A stretch of 64,000 nt of DNA from Hypanus sabinus (taxonomy: Eukaryota): the NCBI RefSeq assembly GCF_030144855.1, contig NC_082734.1, positions 5,394,001 to 5,458,000 on the forward strand. Direction: 5' to 3'. This document shows, in pieces, positions 39,261 through 53,202 of this stretch (its first letter is position 1; each line of letters begins with the position of its first letter). The position numbers were made by a program, and so were the translations under genes. Below the pieces are notes generated by a model that did not search any database, was not told where the DNA came from, and saw only the letters and a list, made by a program, of their open reading frames with translations.

Positions 39261-42200
39261 CACTGTTAGTTTGTTGTAGTGTGTCACTGTCTATTTGGAA
39301 GACCTAGCTGAATGGTACATGACATACCCAAGGTGACTTGACCAATAATGCGTTGAAGAATCAAGATGGCTATCCAGAACACTCTACAGTGGTAATTATG
39401 TTTATTTATAGGCTGCATTTTAACCAATTAGAAAACGAGGAGTGCGCATAAGCAGCATAACCATTGTTATTGGTTTGTTATTGTCACATCAAGGTTCAAT
39501 GTAAATTTATTAATATACGTATACAGAATACAACCTTGAGATTCATCTCCTTACAGGTAGCCACAAAACAAGAAACACAAAGAACCCATTTTAAAAGAAA
39601 CCAACAAGCACCCATGGGGGAGGAAGATGAAAAAGCTACAGAGAAAGTGCAGTTAAATAAAGTGCAAGATCATTACAAAGTACATCATTGTGTGAGCAAG
39701 AGTCTGATAATAGCAAGATGAAAGCTGCCCTTAAGCCTGGTTGTATGTGCTTTCAAGCTTTTGTTTCTTTTACCTAATGGGAGAGGGGAGAAGAGAGAAT
39801 TCCTGGTGCGTGTGGGATCTTTGATTATTCTGGCTGCTTTACTGAGGCAGTGTGAACCATGCACAGAGGTTTCTGTGAACTGTGTGCACTAATCTCTGCA
39901 GTTTCTTTGGTCACCTGCGGAGCAGTTGTCATACCAAGCCATAATACATCCAGATAGAATGGTTGGACCAGGACAAGTTATTGATGATGTTCACACCTAG
40001 GAACTTGAAGCTCTCAACCTCTGTGCCATTGGTTTAGACAAGAGAATGTGCACCACACGAGGAAATCTGCAGATGCTGGAAATTCAAGCAACATGCACAA
40101 AATGCTGGTGGAACTTCATTAGTCCTGACGAAGGGTCTCGGCCCAAAACATCAACACTGCTTCTCCCTATAGATGCTGCGTTCCACCAGCATTTTGAGAA
40201 TGTGCACCACCCCTTCCTGGTCAGTGACATGCTATTCTGTCGACCTTGAGGGAAAGGTTCTTGTCATGACACTATGTCACTAATATCGCTGCCTCCGTCC
40301 TGTACTCTGACTCATCATTATTTGAAATATGGCCCACTACAGAAGTATCATCTTCAGATTTGTAGATGGAGTCAGAGCAGAATCTGGCCCCACAGTCATG
40401 AGTTTACAGCGGGTAGAGTAGAGTAGAGGTTGTGGACACTACCTTGTCGAGCACCAGTGCTTAGGAATAATCATGACAGAGGTGTTACCTATCAGTTCTG
40501 ATAACAAGATAACTTTTGTGATAATGGTTGAAAGAAAAGTATTTGCCAAGAAAAGTGTGGTGTAAGAACTCACATCATTTAAGTCAGGGCAACGTTGAGG
40601 CATGTTTGAGGCAAGTAGAGGAGAGGCAGATTTAAGCCCATCCACCGAAACCGAGAGCAAGGTTTAATCAATTTAAGTGCCCGGCTGATTTGGAATGGTT
40701 GGATACATGGTGAAATGGGATGGCTGGGTCCAGGCTGAGAGCGTGTCGCTGCGGCAGGGTGCAGTTCTTAGAGCTAGGAACGACCTGATGTTCGGAAAAT
40801 TTAAGTGCCAGGTTAGATGGATTGAAAAGGCTGGGTGTTGGGACCAGAGGAGAGGATTGGACTGGTTCTGCTAGCTACTCTGTGACGTTTGCTCCACTCT
40901 GCACTACACAGAGGCTGTGGCCTACAATGGCTGCGCTGGGCTTTGTGTCTGCGGGCTCCACAGTGTTTATTCCACTATGCACTGAGCTGAGGCTGTGACT
41001 TGCTTTGGGTTTCATGTCCAAGGGGTCACTTTCTTTCCAAATGCTATTTGCTTGCTTTTTATTGTTTGCCTGATCTGTTTTTTCACTCTCTCAGTACATT
41101 GGATGTTTATTGGTCTTTATTATAATGGATCTTCTGGGTTTCTTTTTGTATTGTGGGCACCCATGAGGAGATAAATCTCAGTTTTAAGTGTATACGTTGA
41201 TAATGTACTTCAAAATAATGATTGCAGTTTCTTTGTGTATAATAGAAATAGCAGGCAGGATCTCATTTCTGCTTCATCTGATGTATGCTACTTGTGGCTT
41301 TGAAATCTTCTTTCCATTGTGTGTTGAAATGCCATAGATGCTGTCTGCGATGCTGAGTTCCTCTAGAATTTAGTGTGTGTTCCTTTGGATTTTCAGCATC
41401 TGCAGAATCTCTTGTATTTCATGCTTTGCTGTGAAATTATTACTGGTTCAGTCTCTAATTTTTGAGTGCAGTGGTAGGTACTGTGAAATAAAACAGGTTA
41501 TTGGAACAGTGCTGTGTCTTGTTCATCTGTACTCAAGTCTATTCAGGAATTTGGTATCGTGCCATTCATGAAGGTGATAGAATTGTGGACTAGCACCCAG
41601 AGACCAGTTGAAATCCTACTGAGGCAGCTGAGATTTTGGAATTTTAAGCCTGGAAATATAATTTTAAAATCTGCTGATATTAGAGATATGAAATAATAAT
41701 AGAAAATGCTGGAAACCTTTAGTGAATCAGGTTTAATATCACTGGCATATGTCGTGAAATTTGTTTTACTGCAGCAGTACAATGCAATACATAATAAAAA
41801 TTGTAAATTACAATATCGCTCATTCATTATGTGCTGTGTTGTACAATGTGGATGATCGTGGTCTTTCCAGGACCATGATTGTTTTTGACAAATTGTTCTA
41901 TGGAGTGGTTTGCCATTGCCCCCTTGTATATAAAATATTAAATAGTGCAAAGATAGAGGAAAAAGTTGGGGCTCCTTAATGATGCTCTCCCGTTTGAATA
42001 GGGAGGTTAGTGCCCATGATGAAGCTTGTTGTGGCAACTTGAATTTTTAAAATAAAAGCCTCTAGTATCAGTAGTGGTAACCAGGAAACAGTTGATGAGC
42101 TGGTAGGTTTAAAGACAATCCAGTTTTTCTTCCAGCAAAGATAATTTTTGTACTTGCCCCATCTGACCACCCTGGCTCCGGACCCCACCGATGCAGTTGA

Positions 42201-42531
42201 TTTTCAACTACCCCCTCAGTTTTGGGGCAGTTATAACAGGTGATAAATGTTGCTACTGTCAATAATATGCACTCCATGATTGTATAATTGAAAGCATTAA
42301 GGTGTTTTTTATATATATCTACTGGGTTTCCCCATGTGCACTAAAAAGCAGATCTATTGTCAAACAAATTTCAACAGCAAACTCTATTGGGAGCATGAAT
42401 TGTATTGCAATAAGTGTAGATAATTCTGTAGATAATTAACTTGTCTTTTGGGAGTTACCTGACACTTTCAAAGTCTGCCTCAGCACTTCACCCTGACTCC
42501 ATCCTTGGAAGTATCAAAATCAACTTTGTGG

Positions 42532-43037
42532 ATTCAGTGGCCACTCATTAGATACACCTGTACTCCTTGTAAATACAAATATCTAATCAGCCAATCATGT
42601 GGTAGCAACTCCATGCATCAAAGCATGCAGATGTGGTCAAGAGGTTCCATTGTTGTTCAGACTAGACATCAGAATGGGGAAGAAATGTGATCTATGTGAC
42701 TTTAACTGTGGAATGATTGTTGGTGTCAAATGGGGTAGTATTTCAAATGGCTGATCTCACATGACTTTCACACACAACAGTTTCTAGAGTTTGCAGAGAT
42801 TGGTGCAAAAAAACAAAAGTGTTCTGTGAGTGACAGTTCCGTGGGTAAAAATACCTTTTTGTTGAGAGGTCACAGGAGAATGACCAGACTGATTCAAGCT
42901 TACAGGAAGGTGAGGGTAAACTCAAAATCAGACTTTGCAACAGTGGTGTGCAGAAGAGCACTGTTGAATGTACAACAGGTCAAACCTTGAAGCTGCAGAA
43001 GAGCACGGGAGTTTCACTCCGTATCTAATGAAGTGTA
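42532..43037 (+). mobile_element. Non-autonomous Tc1/mariner derivative (same family)
   Basis: ttcagtggccactcattagatacacctg terminus and the same internal sequence as the other copies. Confidence 0.8.
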
Positions 43038-43584
43038 TAGCAGTTGTGTATAAACATCTGTTCTCTCTTTACCTGTACCAAATCCTGTTACTCCATTGTC
43101 CTTGTGCATATTGGGTACTGCTACTGCTCTTGTATCAGTATTTTATCTTTGTTATGCAACATTTGTCTTGCATTCTTAACTCCCCTCCAGTTCTGTCTTG
43201 TTTGTCTCTGATTTAATTCTTCTGAATTCCCTTCTTAAACTTTCCGAAAATGAATCTTACAAGTTCTCATTGGTTGACCATTGTTGTTTCTACACCTGAA
43301 GAGCCTTACCGCAAATTCTTTTGTGATAAAGGCACTATATCAATAAAATTTAGCAAACACTGCTTTTCAATTCTTCCCTCAAAAATATAAAATTACATTT
43401 TTTTTACATTTATGACTTATTATTCTGCATCACTGATTTGCTATGTTTATGCCCTTTGTACTTCTCTCATGAGACACCTTGTTTTAGAAAGAAGTATATA
43501 TTTCTAATTCTCATACCATAAAGTAAAATTTCCAGTCACAACACATTTAGGATGGTTGTGAATATTGATAGCTCTGGTTAAGGT

Positions 43585-44025
43585 GTTTGATGTTGCAGTG
43601 TTCATCAAGCTTGGCATTTAGCTTGTAGGCGTTTCATCACCGGTTGAGGTGACATCCTCAGTGTTGGTGCATTAGAACTTACACTGTGTCCCACCAATCT
43701 TGATCCATGATGATCGAGAAGGACACCATGGAGGTTCTGGTGCAGGCAAACACAAAGCAGGCTCAAGAATTCTTAGAAACATGTTTCTCTTCTGATTACT
43801 CTGTAAACAAACATGGCAAAATAGATGCCATCCATAAACCCCTAATAGCCAAAGAAACGCAAGCTAACAGAATTCAAGGGGTAGCCAGTCAGGACCTAGG
43901 CAAGTGAACTGAGGCCTATACAAACACGAGCACTTCCAGGGAGAAACACCCTCAGTTGCGTACTGAGGACTGGCAATGAAATGTCTGCAAGCTTATTGCC
44001 AAGCTCAGCAAACACTGCAGCATCG
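43585..44025 (+). mobile_element. Penelope-like fragment with inverted terminal arrangement
   Basis: EVLVQANTKQAQEFLETCFSSDYSVNKH resembles the PLE GIY-YIG tail (..AREFLEAW.S...INK). 43605-43665 is an inverted copy of ~43960-44010. Confidence 0.65.
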
Positions 44026-44127
44026 TGGTCTCTTCTTTTAACTGTGCCTCCAATTTTATGTTACCCACAAAAGTTTGAAAGTTGTACTCCATCAATGTGT
44101 TAACTTGATTTTTTTTTCCCCCTACAG

Positions 44128-44211
44128 CCATCTTCACAATGGATGAAGAGTCAACCAGTCAGGATTGTGAGCCTTTCTTTGAATCTGATTTGGATGGCGA
44201 GAGCACAGATG
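44128..44211 (+). CDS. AKT1S1: PRAS40 coding exon 2 (TOS motif)
   Basis: Acceptor ttttcccccctacag and donor G|GTAAGT; 84 nt, phase 1-1. Encodes (A)IFTMDEESTSQDCEPFFESDLDGESTD, cf. human [25 protein letters not shown]. Confidence 0.95.
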
Positions 44212-45369
44212 GTAAGTCTACAGTGTGGGGCAGCTTCGATGAGCCAAATGGCCTAATGCTGGTCCCATATGTTATGTTATGTATTGAATATGTATTGAAT
44301 CTACTGTAGGCTAATAAGTAGGAAGTAGCTGTTTATTCCATGTTACTCATAGTGACACACTCACTTGCCCTTATAATTTTTAAGAATTGGATTAATCACA
44401 AGTTGAGGTGATTAAGCCAATTTAGTAAATGGACATCATCTCCACTGGTGTGGAGTGGATTGTAGTTCAATACTGCTTACAACAACACCTTTGTGGATGG
44501 TTGAGATGCATTTCATGATATAGCATAGACTTGTGTTGAAAATACTTCCTTTTGATGCCAGAATGAATTCTAGCTTCCATTTCCATTTTGCATTTGTATT
44601 TCTATTTCTAGCATTTCTATTAGATATGACTGATGGTGAACTTCCAGGAAAATTAGGTTGTTTGGGGATGTTATGGGACCAGGTAGAAACTGCAAGGGCA
44701 GTAGTAGTGCACTCACTTGTGATGAGGATGTTATTCCCCTAAGGCAGAGTTTCCCAACCTGGGGTCTTCGATCCATTCAGTTAATGATTGGGAACCATGG
44801 CTTTTTTTTTAAATGTTGCGAACCCTAGTACCAAGGGGTTTCCAAAATGTAATGGTGAATTACCTTAATGGAGAGCACCTGTCAATGGCAGTATTTAATG
44901 TGGGGAGGCTGATGTATGGACATGACAGCACACAGTCCTTGAGAGATCGAGGTCAGGGTCTAGTGGCATGGAATGGAAGACTACTGGGAACCCTTCATTG
45001 TTGAAGCTCTTCTCCCATTTCACTGCTGTCATGATGTGTCATCATCTTCCACCAGCTCCACCACTGAGGGCTTGGTTGGATCACTCTTTGCCTGGAAGCT
45101 CCCCCTTGAACTTGCCATCATGGCTAACCCTACCAGGAGTTGAGTGCCAGATGGCTAAACTACGGACTGCATTGCTCTTTGGATCTCAGAACTCAAAAAG
45201 GCCCTCCACCACCACAAGATGATGATGATGAGCCTTGCAAAGATGTGCATGGGCAATCCACCTAGGTCTAGCACAGTAGTTACAGTGTAACTGAATGTGT
45301 ACTAGGACTCCCAAGTGGTACAATGTCTTTTGGCTAATTGGTAGTTTTGCCTTGCCCCTCATCTTGCAG

Positions 45370-45524
45370 ATGGCAGTTTGAGCGAAGAGCTTCCTATTCG
45401 TCCACAAACTCTTTCTCAAACAAAGTGTCATCAATATGCCAAGTCCTTGCCTGTGTCAGTTCCCATCTGGGGATTCAAGGATCTGAAGCCAAAGAAGTTA
45501 GCTGATGGAGATAACGATGAACGG
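45370..45524 (+). CDS. AKT1S1: PRAS40 coding exon 3 (KSLP / Ser183-equivalent region)
   Basis: Acceptor catcttgcag and donor CGG|GTAAGG; phase 1-0. Encodes DGSLSEELP...QYAKSLPVSVPIWGFK...DER, cf. human DGSLSEE...QYAKSLPVSVPVWGFK. Confidence 0.96.
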
Positions 45525-46319
45525 GTAAGGTATATTTCCTCTTGCTAGTATGCCAAAGAATTGTTATTAAATGTCATCAATGAAACTGGCCATCAAATTG
45601 ATATTGAGCTAGTTGGTCTTTTAGGAAGAGGTTTGATGTGCTCAGTAAAGTATTTCAGTGTAATATCCAAAAAGGAGCTGGATAAATATCTGAAAGGAGA
45701 AATGAATATGGATAGAACCAGCTAGATTATTGCATAGACCCCATATATCATTGGGCCAAAAGGCCTCTGAGTTTTAACCATTTTGTGATTTGGAAGACTG
45801 CTTGCCCAATCTAGATCTACATTAGGTCCTATCCCCACATGATATGGTTGACTCCCAAATGGCCCCATGTACGACTTTGGTGTTCCAGATGTAGGGGAAA
45901 ACAGGAATGGGCAGCAACAGCTAATTTGCCAATGGTGCCCACATGTCAAACTAGGGAGAGCATCCCACACCTCTTCACTCTTGAACAAAAAACAATTGAG
46001 TGGGGAAAAAGAAAGATAAGTTAAAAGTCTTGGCTTTCTGATTTTCTCAACTGGTCAGTGATGGATCACCCATTTGGTTGTGATTCCAGAAAGAGCTCAC
46101 TTACACCAAACAGAATTGAGAGCATTGGAATACCTTTGTAGATTTTTGCCTTGCTCTTTTTCTCTTTGGGGGTGGGGGGGGGGCAATCCATACAAGGCCC
46201 CATGGATCCTACAGTAGTCCCACAAAATAATTGGTGGGCTAACAAACCTGGTGTGGTTGAATCAGGAATGGTCCCTTAGTACTGGGTGTTGTATATCATG
46301 TAACAGTAATATTTATTGT

Positions 46320-47000
46320 ATCATACAGCACAGAAACAGGCCCTTCAGCCCAACTGTTCCATGAGAGCCATATAAGTTATTCTCATTTTCCCAAATTTGG
46401 TCCATTACCTTCTAAACCAGGATTCTCAACCTTGGGACCATGAGCCCCTTGCATGATGGTATTGGTCTATGGCATAATAAAGGTTGAGAACCTCTGTTCT
46501 GCATCTTTCCTATCCATTTACCTATCCAGCTGTCTTTTAAAAGTTGTAAGTGTACTTGTCTCGGCCACTTCCTCTGGCATCTTACTTTACGTGTCCTTTT
46601 CTATACCTTTAAATAAATTTGCTCCTCAAGTTCATGTCTAATCTTCTCCCTCTTGCCTTGATTCTGTCTTCTAGCTCTTGATTTTCCCAACCCTGGCGAG
46701 AGTACATTCACCCCATGATTTTGTGCACTTCTGTAAGATCACCTCTCAGTCTTCTGTGTTCCAAGGGAAAGGGTCCCAGCCTATCCCACCCACCTCTCCC
46801 CATAACTCACTCCCTCAAGTCCTTGCAATGTCCTTGTAAACCTTTTTCTGCTTTTTTTGTTCCGCATTTATTAACCTCTTTCCTAAAGCAGGGTAACCAA
46901 AATGGAACACAGGGTATGTCCCCATCAGCATCTTGTATAAACACACCATGAGCTCCCAACTTCCATTTTCAATACCCTTGCTCATAAAGGCCAGTGTGCC
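46320..47000 (-). mobile_element. Decayed CR1 fragment
   Basis: Remnant GTLAFMSKGIENGSWELMVCLYKMLM and CR1-type 3' end (aaacaggcccttcagcccaac). Confidence 0.7.
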
Positions 47001-47875
47001 CTTACTATCTGAGAGTCCAAAACTTGTTTTTGAGAGCTTTGAAGCTTTAGGCAGTATTCCCAATCACCTTCTTTCCTGTTTACCATCACCACCCTCTCTG
47101 ATCAAGTTTTCCAGCAGAGGTGGGCACTTGTCTTCAAATAAAACATTTAACGTAACGGGGTCCCCAGGTGCATCATGGGAGCGATGGTGATTATTGGCTA
47201 TGAGGTTGTGTTGGATTCCCTGATCGGAGGATGGAGAGGCGAAGTTTGGGGAGCATCTTCTTGTGCATAGGATCCAGTGATCTCAATGAACGAACACCAA
47301 AGATACTTACAGATTTCAGTGCTGTTTCTACATTTCATTGATTTGTGATGCATATATAAAAGTTTAAAAAGATCTTTGGAAAAAATATAGCTTCATTCCC
47401 TGCCCCCCCCACACCCCCCACAAACGAGCAGTATATTTTGTGGTCTGTAAATAAATAATTCCTGCATTCTAGATTTTTTTTTGTTACTATGGGATAAGTG
47501 GTTCCTTTAATTCTCTGTCAGAAAAAGATTAGCTGTCTGCACTGTCTGTCAGAGCAGAGTGGTTATGAATATGAGACTTCAGTACTTTAAATGTTCTATT
47601 TTTGAGAAGTGTGGGAGCCATTGGTGGAGTCAGCAAATGGACTTGCATTACAGGTCAGTTGTGATCTGATTGGGTGGCAGAACAGGCTTAGCAGAGATGG
47701 AAGTAGGGATCAGAGAAAGTGTTGCAATGCTGGTGCGATGTCTATTTAATTTTTAAAAAAACACAAGATCCTAGACATCTGAAATAGCTCATCTCCACTG
47801 ATACTGCATTCTGTGAGGCCCCTAGCTGAATTGTGGACATTTCTGGCCACTGACTGCCTTTCTTTTCATCATCAG

Positions 47876-48019
47876 TTGCCGTCACCAGACCTGGACAAGA
47901 TCGCTGCCAGCATGAAGGCCCTGACCATGAGTGTAACAGACGGCACTGAGATGTTCGGTGATCTGCCGCGGCCCCGACTCAACACCGGCGATTTTCAGAA
48001 ACCCTATCGGAAGTATTAA
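47876..48019 (+). CDS. AKT1S1: PRAS40 last coding exon (Akt site RPRLNT)
   Basis: Acceptor tttcttttcatcatcag. Encodes [16 protein letters not shown]...[21 protein letters not shown], cf. human SPDLDRIAASMRAL...[21 protein letters not shown]. Spliced CDS 472+84+155+144 = 855 nt = 284 aa plus stop. Confidence 0.97.
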   Translation: MPSPDLDKIAASMKALTMSVTDGTEMFGDLPRPRLNTGDFQKPYRKY

Positions 48020-51000
48020 ATGCACTTTTCAACCCCTGCCTGCCCTTTCTGCCCCGCAACCCAAAAATACCTTTTCCTCCAGAACCCCTGTCATTCAACA
48101 CTACAGAGATACTTTCTGGAAAGGAAAGACCTTATTGGCCAGAAACTTATGGCAATCCTGGCACTACATGTAACATTTAAGGTTGTGTATGACAGAAGAC
48201 TGGGTCATGAGTTGATTCCATAATTTTTCTGGCTGAAGGAAAAGTATAAACTTTATAGTATATTTTTCTGGTTAAAGCATTGTGTGAAGCAGAGTTGCTC
48301 GAATCTGCTTTTTGATGTCTAACTTGTTCTTGTATGTCTGTTCGTCTTTTCACTGTTTTTAAACAGCGTAACTGGGTTTCTTTGTTGTACGTGAGCAGGA
48401 ATCTAACAGCAGGGTCAAAAGGTTGGAGCAACAACTTAAGGGAATTTATTTGAAATCTTACTCGTCCATCCTATACAAGGCCAGAACTGTAAACCCTTGT
48501 CCATTCCCATTCTGAGGGGGGAGATGAAATCCATTTGGAGTGTCGAGCGCCCATTGTACAGCTGTCCTCCCTCTGTGCCATACTGATGAATGCATTGTCA
48601 GCAATCTGAATTGGTTCAGGTAGATACTGAGTCTACCAACCGAGAATAAAGCCCACTCTGTTTTGAGGCATTGAAGCTACATTTTAAGAATCTAGTCACT
48701 TCCAGAAGAAATGACTTTTAAGTTTGGTCTTTTAAACTGCATGACCCCCCCCCCACCCCCGAGAGCTCTTAACTCAATCAACTTCAGTATTGAGAAGCAT
48801 TTGCAATGATATTGATGCTGACCTGTTTGCTGCTTCATCTAATAAGTAAATGTTCCTGGTGTCCAGGTTTCCTGATTTTTAGCTTTCCATTGTTCCTTGC
48901 TGTTTTTTTTGTGGAATCTGTCGATGGTATCTTCAGGTGACCTGCTAAACCACTGCAGTATACAATGAGTTATTACATGGGGTCATCACTGGCCTCATTC
49001 TCCCTTATTGGTTCAGAGTCACTATGGTGAATACACGTGGCCACCCAAGTCCACCTGAGAGATGTGGAGCACTTCTCTGCAGTATAGCCAGCCCCACATG
49101 GTTTCAGTCCTTGGGATTATACACTTGGGGTCATGACATCTCCAGCATCGGATAGGTATGTTGCACACTTTTATGCTGAGTTAAAATGATATATTTTACG
49201 ACCTTTAACCATTGACTCTGTTGTGTATGGTGATGCTCGCATGGTGTATGGAGAAACTTGTATAACAGTACTTGTCAAGACAGCTGGCTTACTTGCCAGT
49301 GCCAACCTAGTGTGGCTGAGAATCGTCAAAAGCACCATGAGGGGCTTGTCCCAGCTTGCCTGAGATTCTCTCATTGCACGAGTTGCCATAGGAACTGAAC
49401 GTTGGCCATCTGTATTTTTACCACCCCCTCCCTCCCCTCCTTTCACACAACCCCAGATCCCTCCAGTAATCATCACAGCCTAGCCTTTTTTTAAATAAAT
49501 GTGCAAGCTCTAGCTAAAGAAATGCTTTGCAATGCAAATTTTTGAATTTGATTTCCCGTTCTGTTTACCTAACTTGATTGACCCCACTCAGCGTGTTGCA
49601 AGCACCTGTTTATAAACCAAAGTGGTTTGTCTGATGCCTTTTTAGTGGTTTGGAAGCTGCTCTGTGGTTTTTTTTCCCCTTTCTGCTTGAATCATTAAGA
49701 CTTTCTGTAACACTTTTTTGTGCAGGCTCACATCAGTGAAGTTCACAAACCATTGACTTGGTTTTGCCCCCCAGCCCTCGCATCCTGTTGCTGCTCCTGT
49801 TTTCAACAAAACCTGCCTTGTTGGTTGACCTACTGAGGGGTTAAAAATGCATTGGCTCTCAGATTGAAGCATTTGGTGGTGGAAGAATAACAAATGTGGT
49901 TTCTCTCTTGTTAAATGGTTGTAACGGAATGCATAGGGCATTGTCAATGTCTCTAACACTTCCTACTGGTGGAGGTGGACTCTTTGTCCTCATTGTGCGG
50001 CTTGCAACTAAAGGATGAAGAAGCGCCAGCAAACTTCTCCCTGAAAGGTCAGTGTTTTTACAGTCCCGGCCCAGTCAGTGAGACTTTCCCTGTTCTCTCA
50101 TGTCCACAGTCATTCATCTCCCTGACATCTGATAGACACTTCCCATAGACTGGGCAGCCAGAGATGTGTGCACAACCATTTCTGAATTTGAATGGAGCCC
50201 TTGTTGCGCATGAATGCACCATTGATGTGTGTGGTAGTGACTCTCTAAGGCTGACCCTGAATTTCAGTTCGGATACCAGCTCCACTTTGAGAGAGCATCC
50301 AATATTTGTCTTGCTGTTATCCATTCATTCTCAGCTGCTTGTCTTTCTCCAATCTGAAAACTTTTTCGGGGGGGGGGGGCTCAGTTGGAACGGGGTTGCT
50401 GAGCGTGGAAGGTTATGATTTTCCTTGCAGTTCATATCCAGGACATCAGCCGCAGTGGTCACAGTTGTAATCCAAGTGAATCCAAGGGAATGTTTAAATC
50501 ACCAACAGATCTCTCGGCCATGTCCTGATTAGGAAGAAGTGTTTCTGAAAGACTTTGACACATATTGGGGCAGAGACACTTTGGTTCTGCTGGCACACCT
50601 TGATACTCCCCGGCTTGCTGCCACCCAGTCAGATTTCAGTGACTTTTCTGAAGTGATGCCTTGGTACTGATGATTGGGCTTGCATTAACTCAGCATTAAT
50701 TGGTGCATGTGACACTTTGCAGTCATGTAACTTGTTGCAACTTTATTTTCATACACTATTTCTTGCCCTTTCTCTCTTCCTTCCATCCCTGTGCAACTTT
50801 GCCTATTGTAGCCTTCCGATTGCACTCGATGGCCAGAGTCTATCCATAAATTTCTTCCACACAACCCGTGACTGTAGTTGGCTCCATCTGACTATGAATT
50901 AGGATAAGGGGGCAGTTGTGGAGTTTCCTTTGAGCTAAGCACGGGGGGGCGGTGGGATCGGTTTAAGTGGCTGGTGGCCTGAGCAGAAGGAGAGGAAACC

Positions 51001-52260
51001 GGTGTGGGACTAGAACAGGTGGACAGTTGATGTGATTGCTTTGAAACCCAGTTTTTGTTTAAAGGCTGTGCAAAGTATTCTTGCAAAAATCTGTTTTGGG
51101 CAAAATTTTATGTAATGTTTAAGACAATATCTGAATGCTATTTTTTTTTAAATTGGCTGTTTTAAGCACCGAGAAGAAAAAGCCCTTTCCCGCTCATTTC
51201 TGAGTCGAGTGGGGAAAGATTTGGGCAGGCATCTAAACGCTCTGATCTGTGAAAGGAGCGTACTGAGTACAATCAATGCTTGCTTTTTTCAAATGCCAAT
51301 GTATTTAAAAACAAGTCTCCAGCAAATTCCTGTTGGGGAAAAATCAGATTTAACTATGCTTCATTTCCACCCGCCCCTCTTTATTTCTGCAGTCCTAACT
51401 CTAACCGAACAGTCTATCAGTCTAAAAGCAGGAATGAAGGAATCCTCTCACTTTGCCCTCGTAGAGGTGGGTGGGCAGAAAGTAAGCTAGTAAAGTGCAG
51501 AATGTATTACTTTCAATTCCTTGCCCACATCTTCCCCTACAAACCAAATTGAGCTGTGGGCCCAGAATTAAGATAGTGATTGGCGAGTTTCTATAGAGAA
51601 CCCAGCCCTATGGTGCTGTATAATTTTACAAAGCACTGTTCATAACCCTAACTGATTATTACTGAGTTTCATTCTTGCTAGGCTAGGTTGACCTGTTGTT
51701 CAGTAACTACGATATTTTCATCTTCAGCCGACCAATTTTCTTTTTGCTTTAAATGTGTTATGTTTTTAACAAAACTGAGGTAAACAAAGATGAGAGCACA
51801 TAGTGTGCATTTTATCTTTACTCAGACTGCTTCCAATGAGTCATTTTGAAGGACTTCTGTTTAGGAATGAGATAATGCATCCTTTTTAGGATTGCTTCTT
51901 TTCCAAAGCTTTCTTGTTGTTGATTGGACTCCTTTATCTGGATATGCTGTCCCTACTGTCCCCATCTCTATAGCTGTTCAGGAGGACTTCTTTTAAAAAG
52001 GAAAGCTGGGCATCAAACAAAAGTTGAGACTGAAGGATGCTGTGGTTTCTGCTGCTGAGCAAAAGTGCTGCCATGGGAGGTGCAATCGCAGTGAAACTCC
52101 GCATCTTCAGAGTTGTCCAAGTAAACCTGTTGCTTCTGCAGATGTTTGATTAACTAAGTAGATAATTGCTGCTGGAAATGTGAACAGAAAATAGTGGGAA
52201 ACTGACCAGAGAATATGGCTAATTTTTTAAAAAAGAATAAAGTCAAGTGATTATTACAGA
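48020..52260 (+). other. AKT1S1: Putative long AKT1S1 3'UTR with alternative poly(A) signals
   Basis: No recognisable repeats for ~4.2 kb. AATAAA at 48645, 49494 and 52236; repeats resume just after the last one. Confidence 0.55.
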
Positions 52261-53202
52261 TGTGTCAAGATTATTTATTTCAATCACCAGTACATGAGTG
52301 TGAAGAGAATGAAGTGATTGTTAACTCTGGATCAAATGGTTCCAGTTTAATATCAGAGTATGTATACAGTGTACAGCCTGAAATTCTTACTCTGCACAGA
52401 CGTCCATGAAAACAGAAGAGAACTCCAAAGAATGAATGACAGAAAAACATTAGAACCCCAAAGCCCACTCCCCCGCCAAGCACAAGCAGCAGCAAAGCAT
52501 CAACCTTCCCCCCCCCCCCATGTATTCAGCAGAAATGATCAGTGCCCACCATCCACCAAGCAATCAATAGCAAAGCTCCCAAAGAGACCATGAACTATCC
52601 ACCAGTGCCAAGGGCTCTCTCTAATGATCGACAGAGAGATATCCCCTATTTCATAGGGAATGGGGAGACTAACAAGCAGTTGCTATTACAGTGTTACAAT
52701 CTGCTGTGTAGCTTTTTATTCTGAGATTCTCCAACTCAAGAGTAGGCAGCAAACTCTCCCCACCATCAAGAGAAAGTGGGGTGGGGGGGAGCAATCACTC
52801 GGGTACAGAGACCTACGTCAGCTGCTTCCACTGCTGTGAAATTGTGCTGTTCCTTCTCCCGCGACGCCTCACTCGGCGACACCAGCATGGAATTGGTCAT
52901 GCACAGGACCGCATCTTCCAGCCCACCCCTGAACATGTCAATAAACTGCTGGTAGGTGAGCTCCAGGAACGGACTTGTCCGCTGTGGAAAAACCGCAGTC
53001 TGAGTGCAGCTGTAGGTCACAGACTTTGACAGAACCCTAGCCACCTTGAAAAGGAAAAGAATTCGATGCAACATTTAAAAAAAAAACACAACCAGCAAAA
53101 AGAACACTATAAAAATGATAAATATAAATAGATAAGATTTGTTTATTTACATAGACTGCGTACTTAAAGTTATGCTAGGTACTGAAGTATCTGTACATAA
53201 GG

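Noticed and set aside
47813-47875. N-terminal part of ORF 47813-48019
   Set aside because: It is intronic branch point and pyrimidine tract before the acceptor at 47875.
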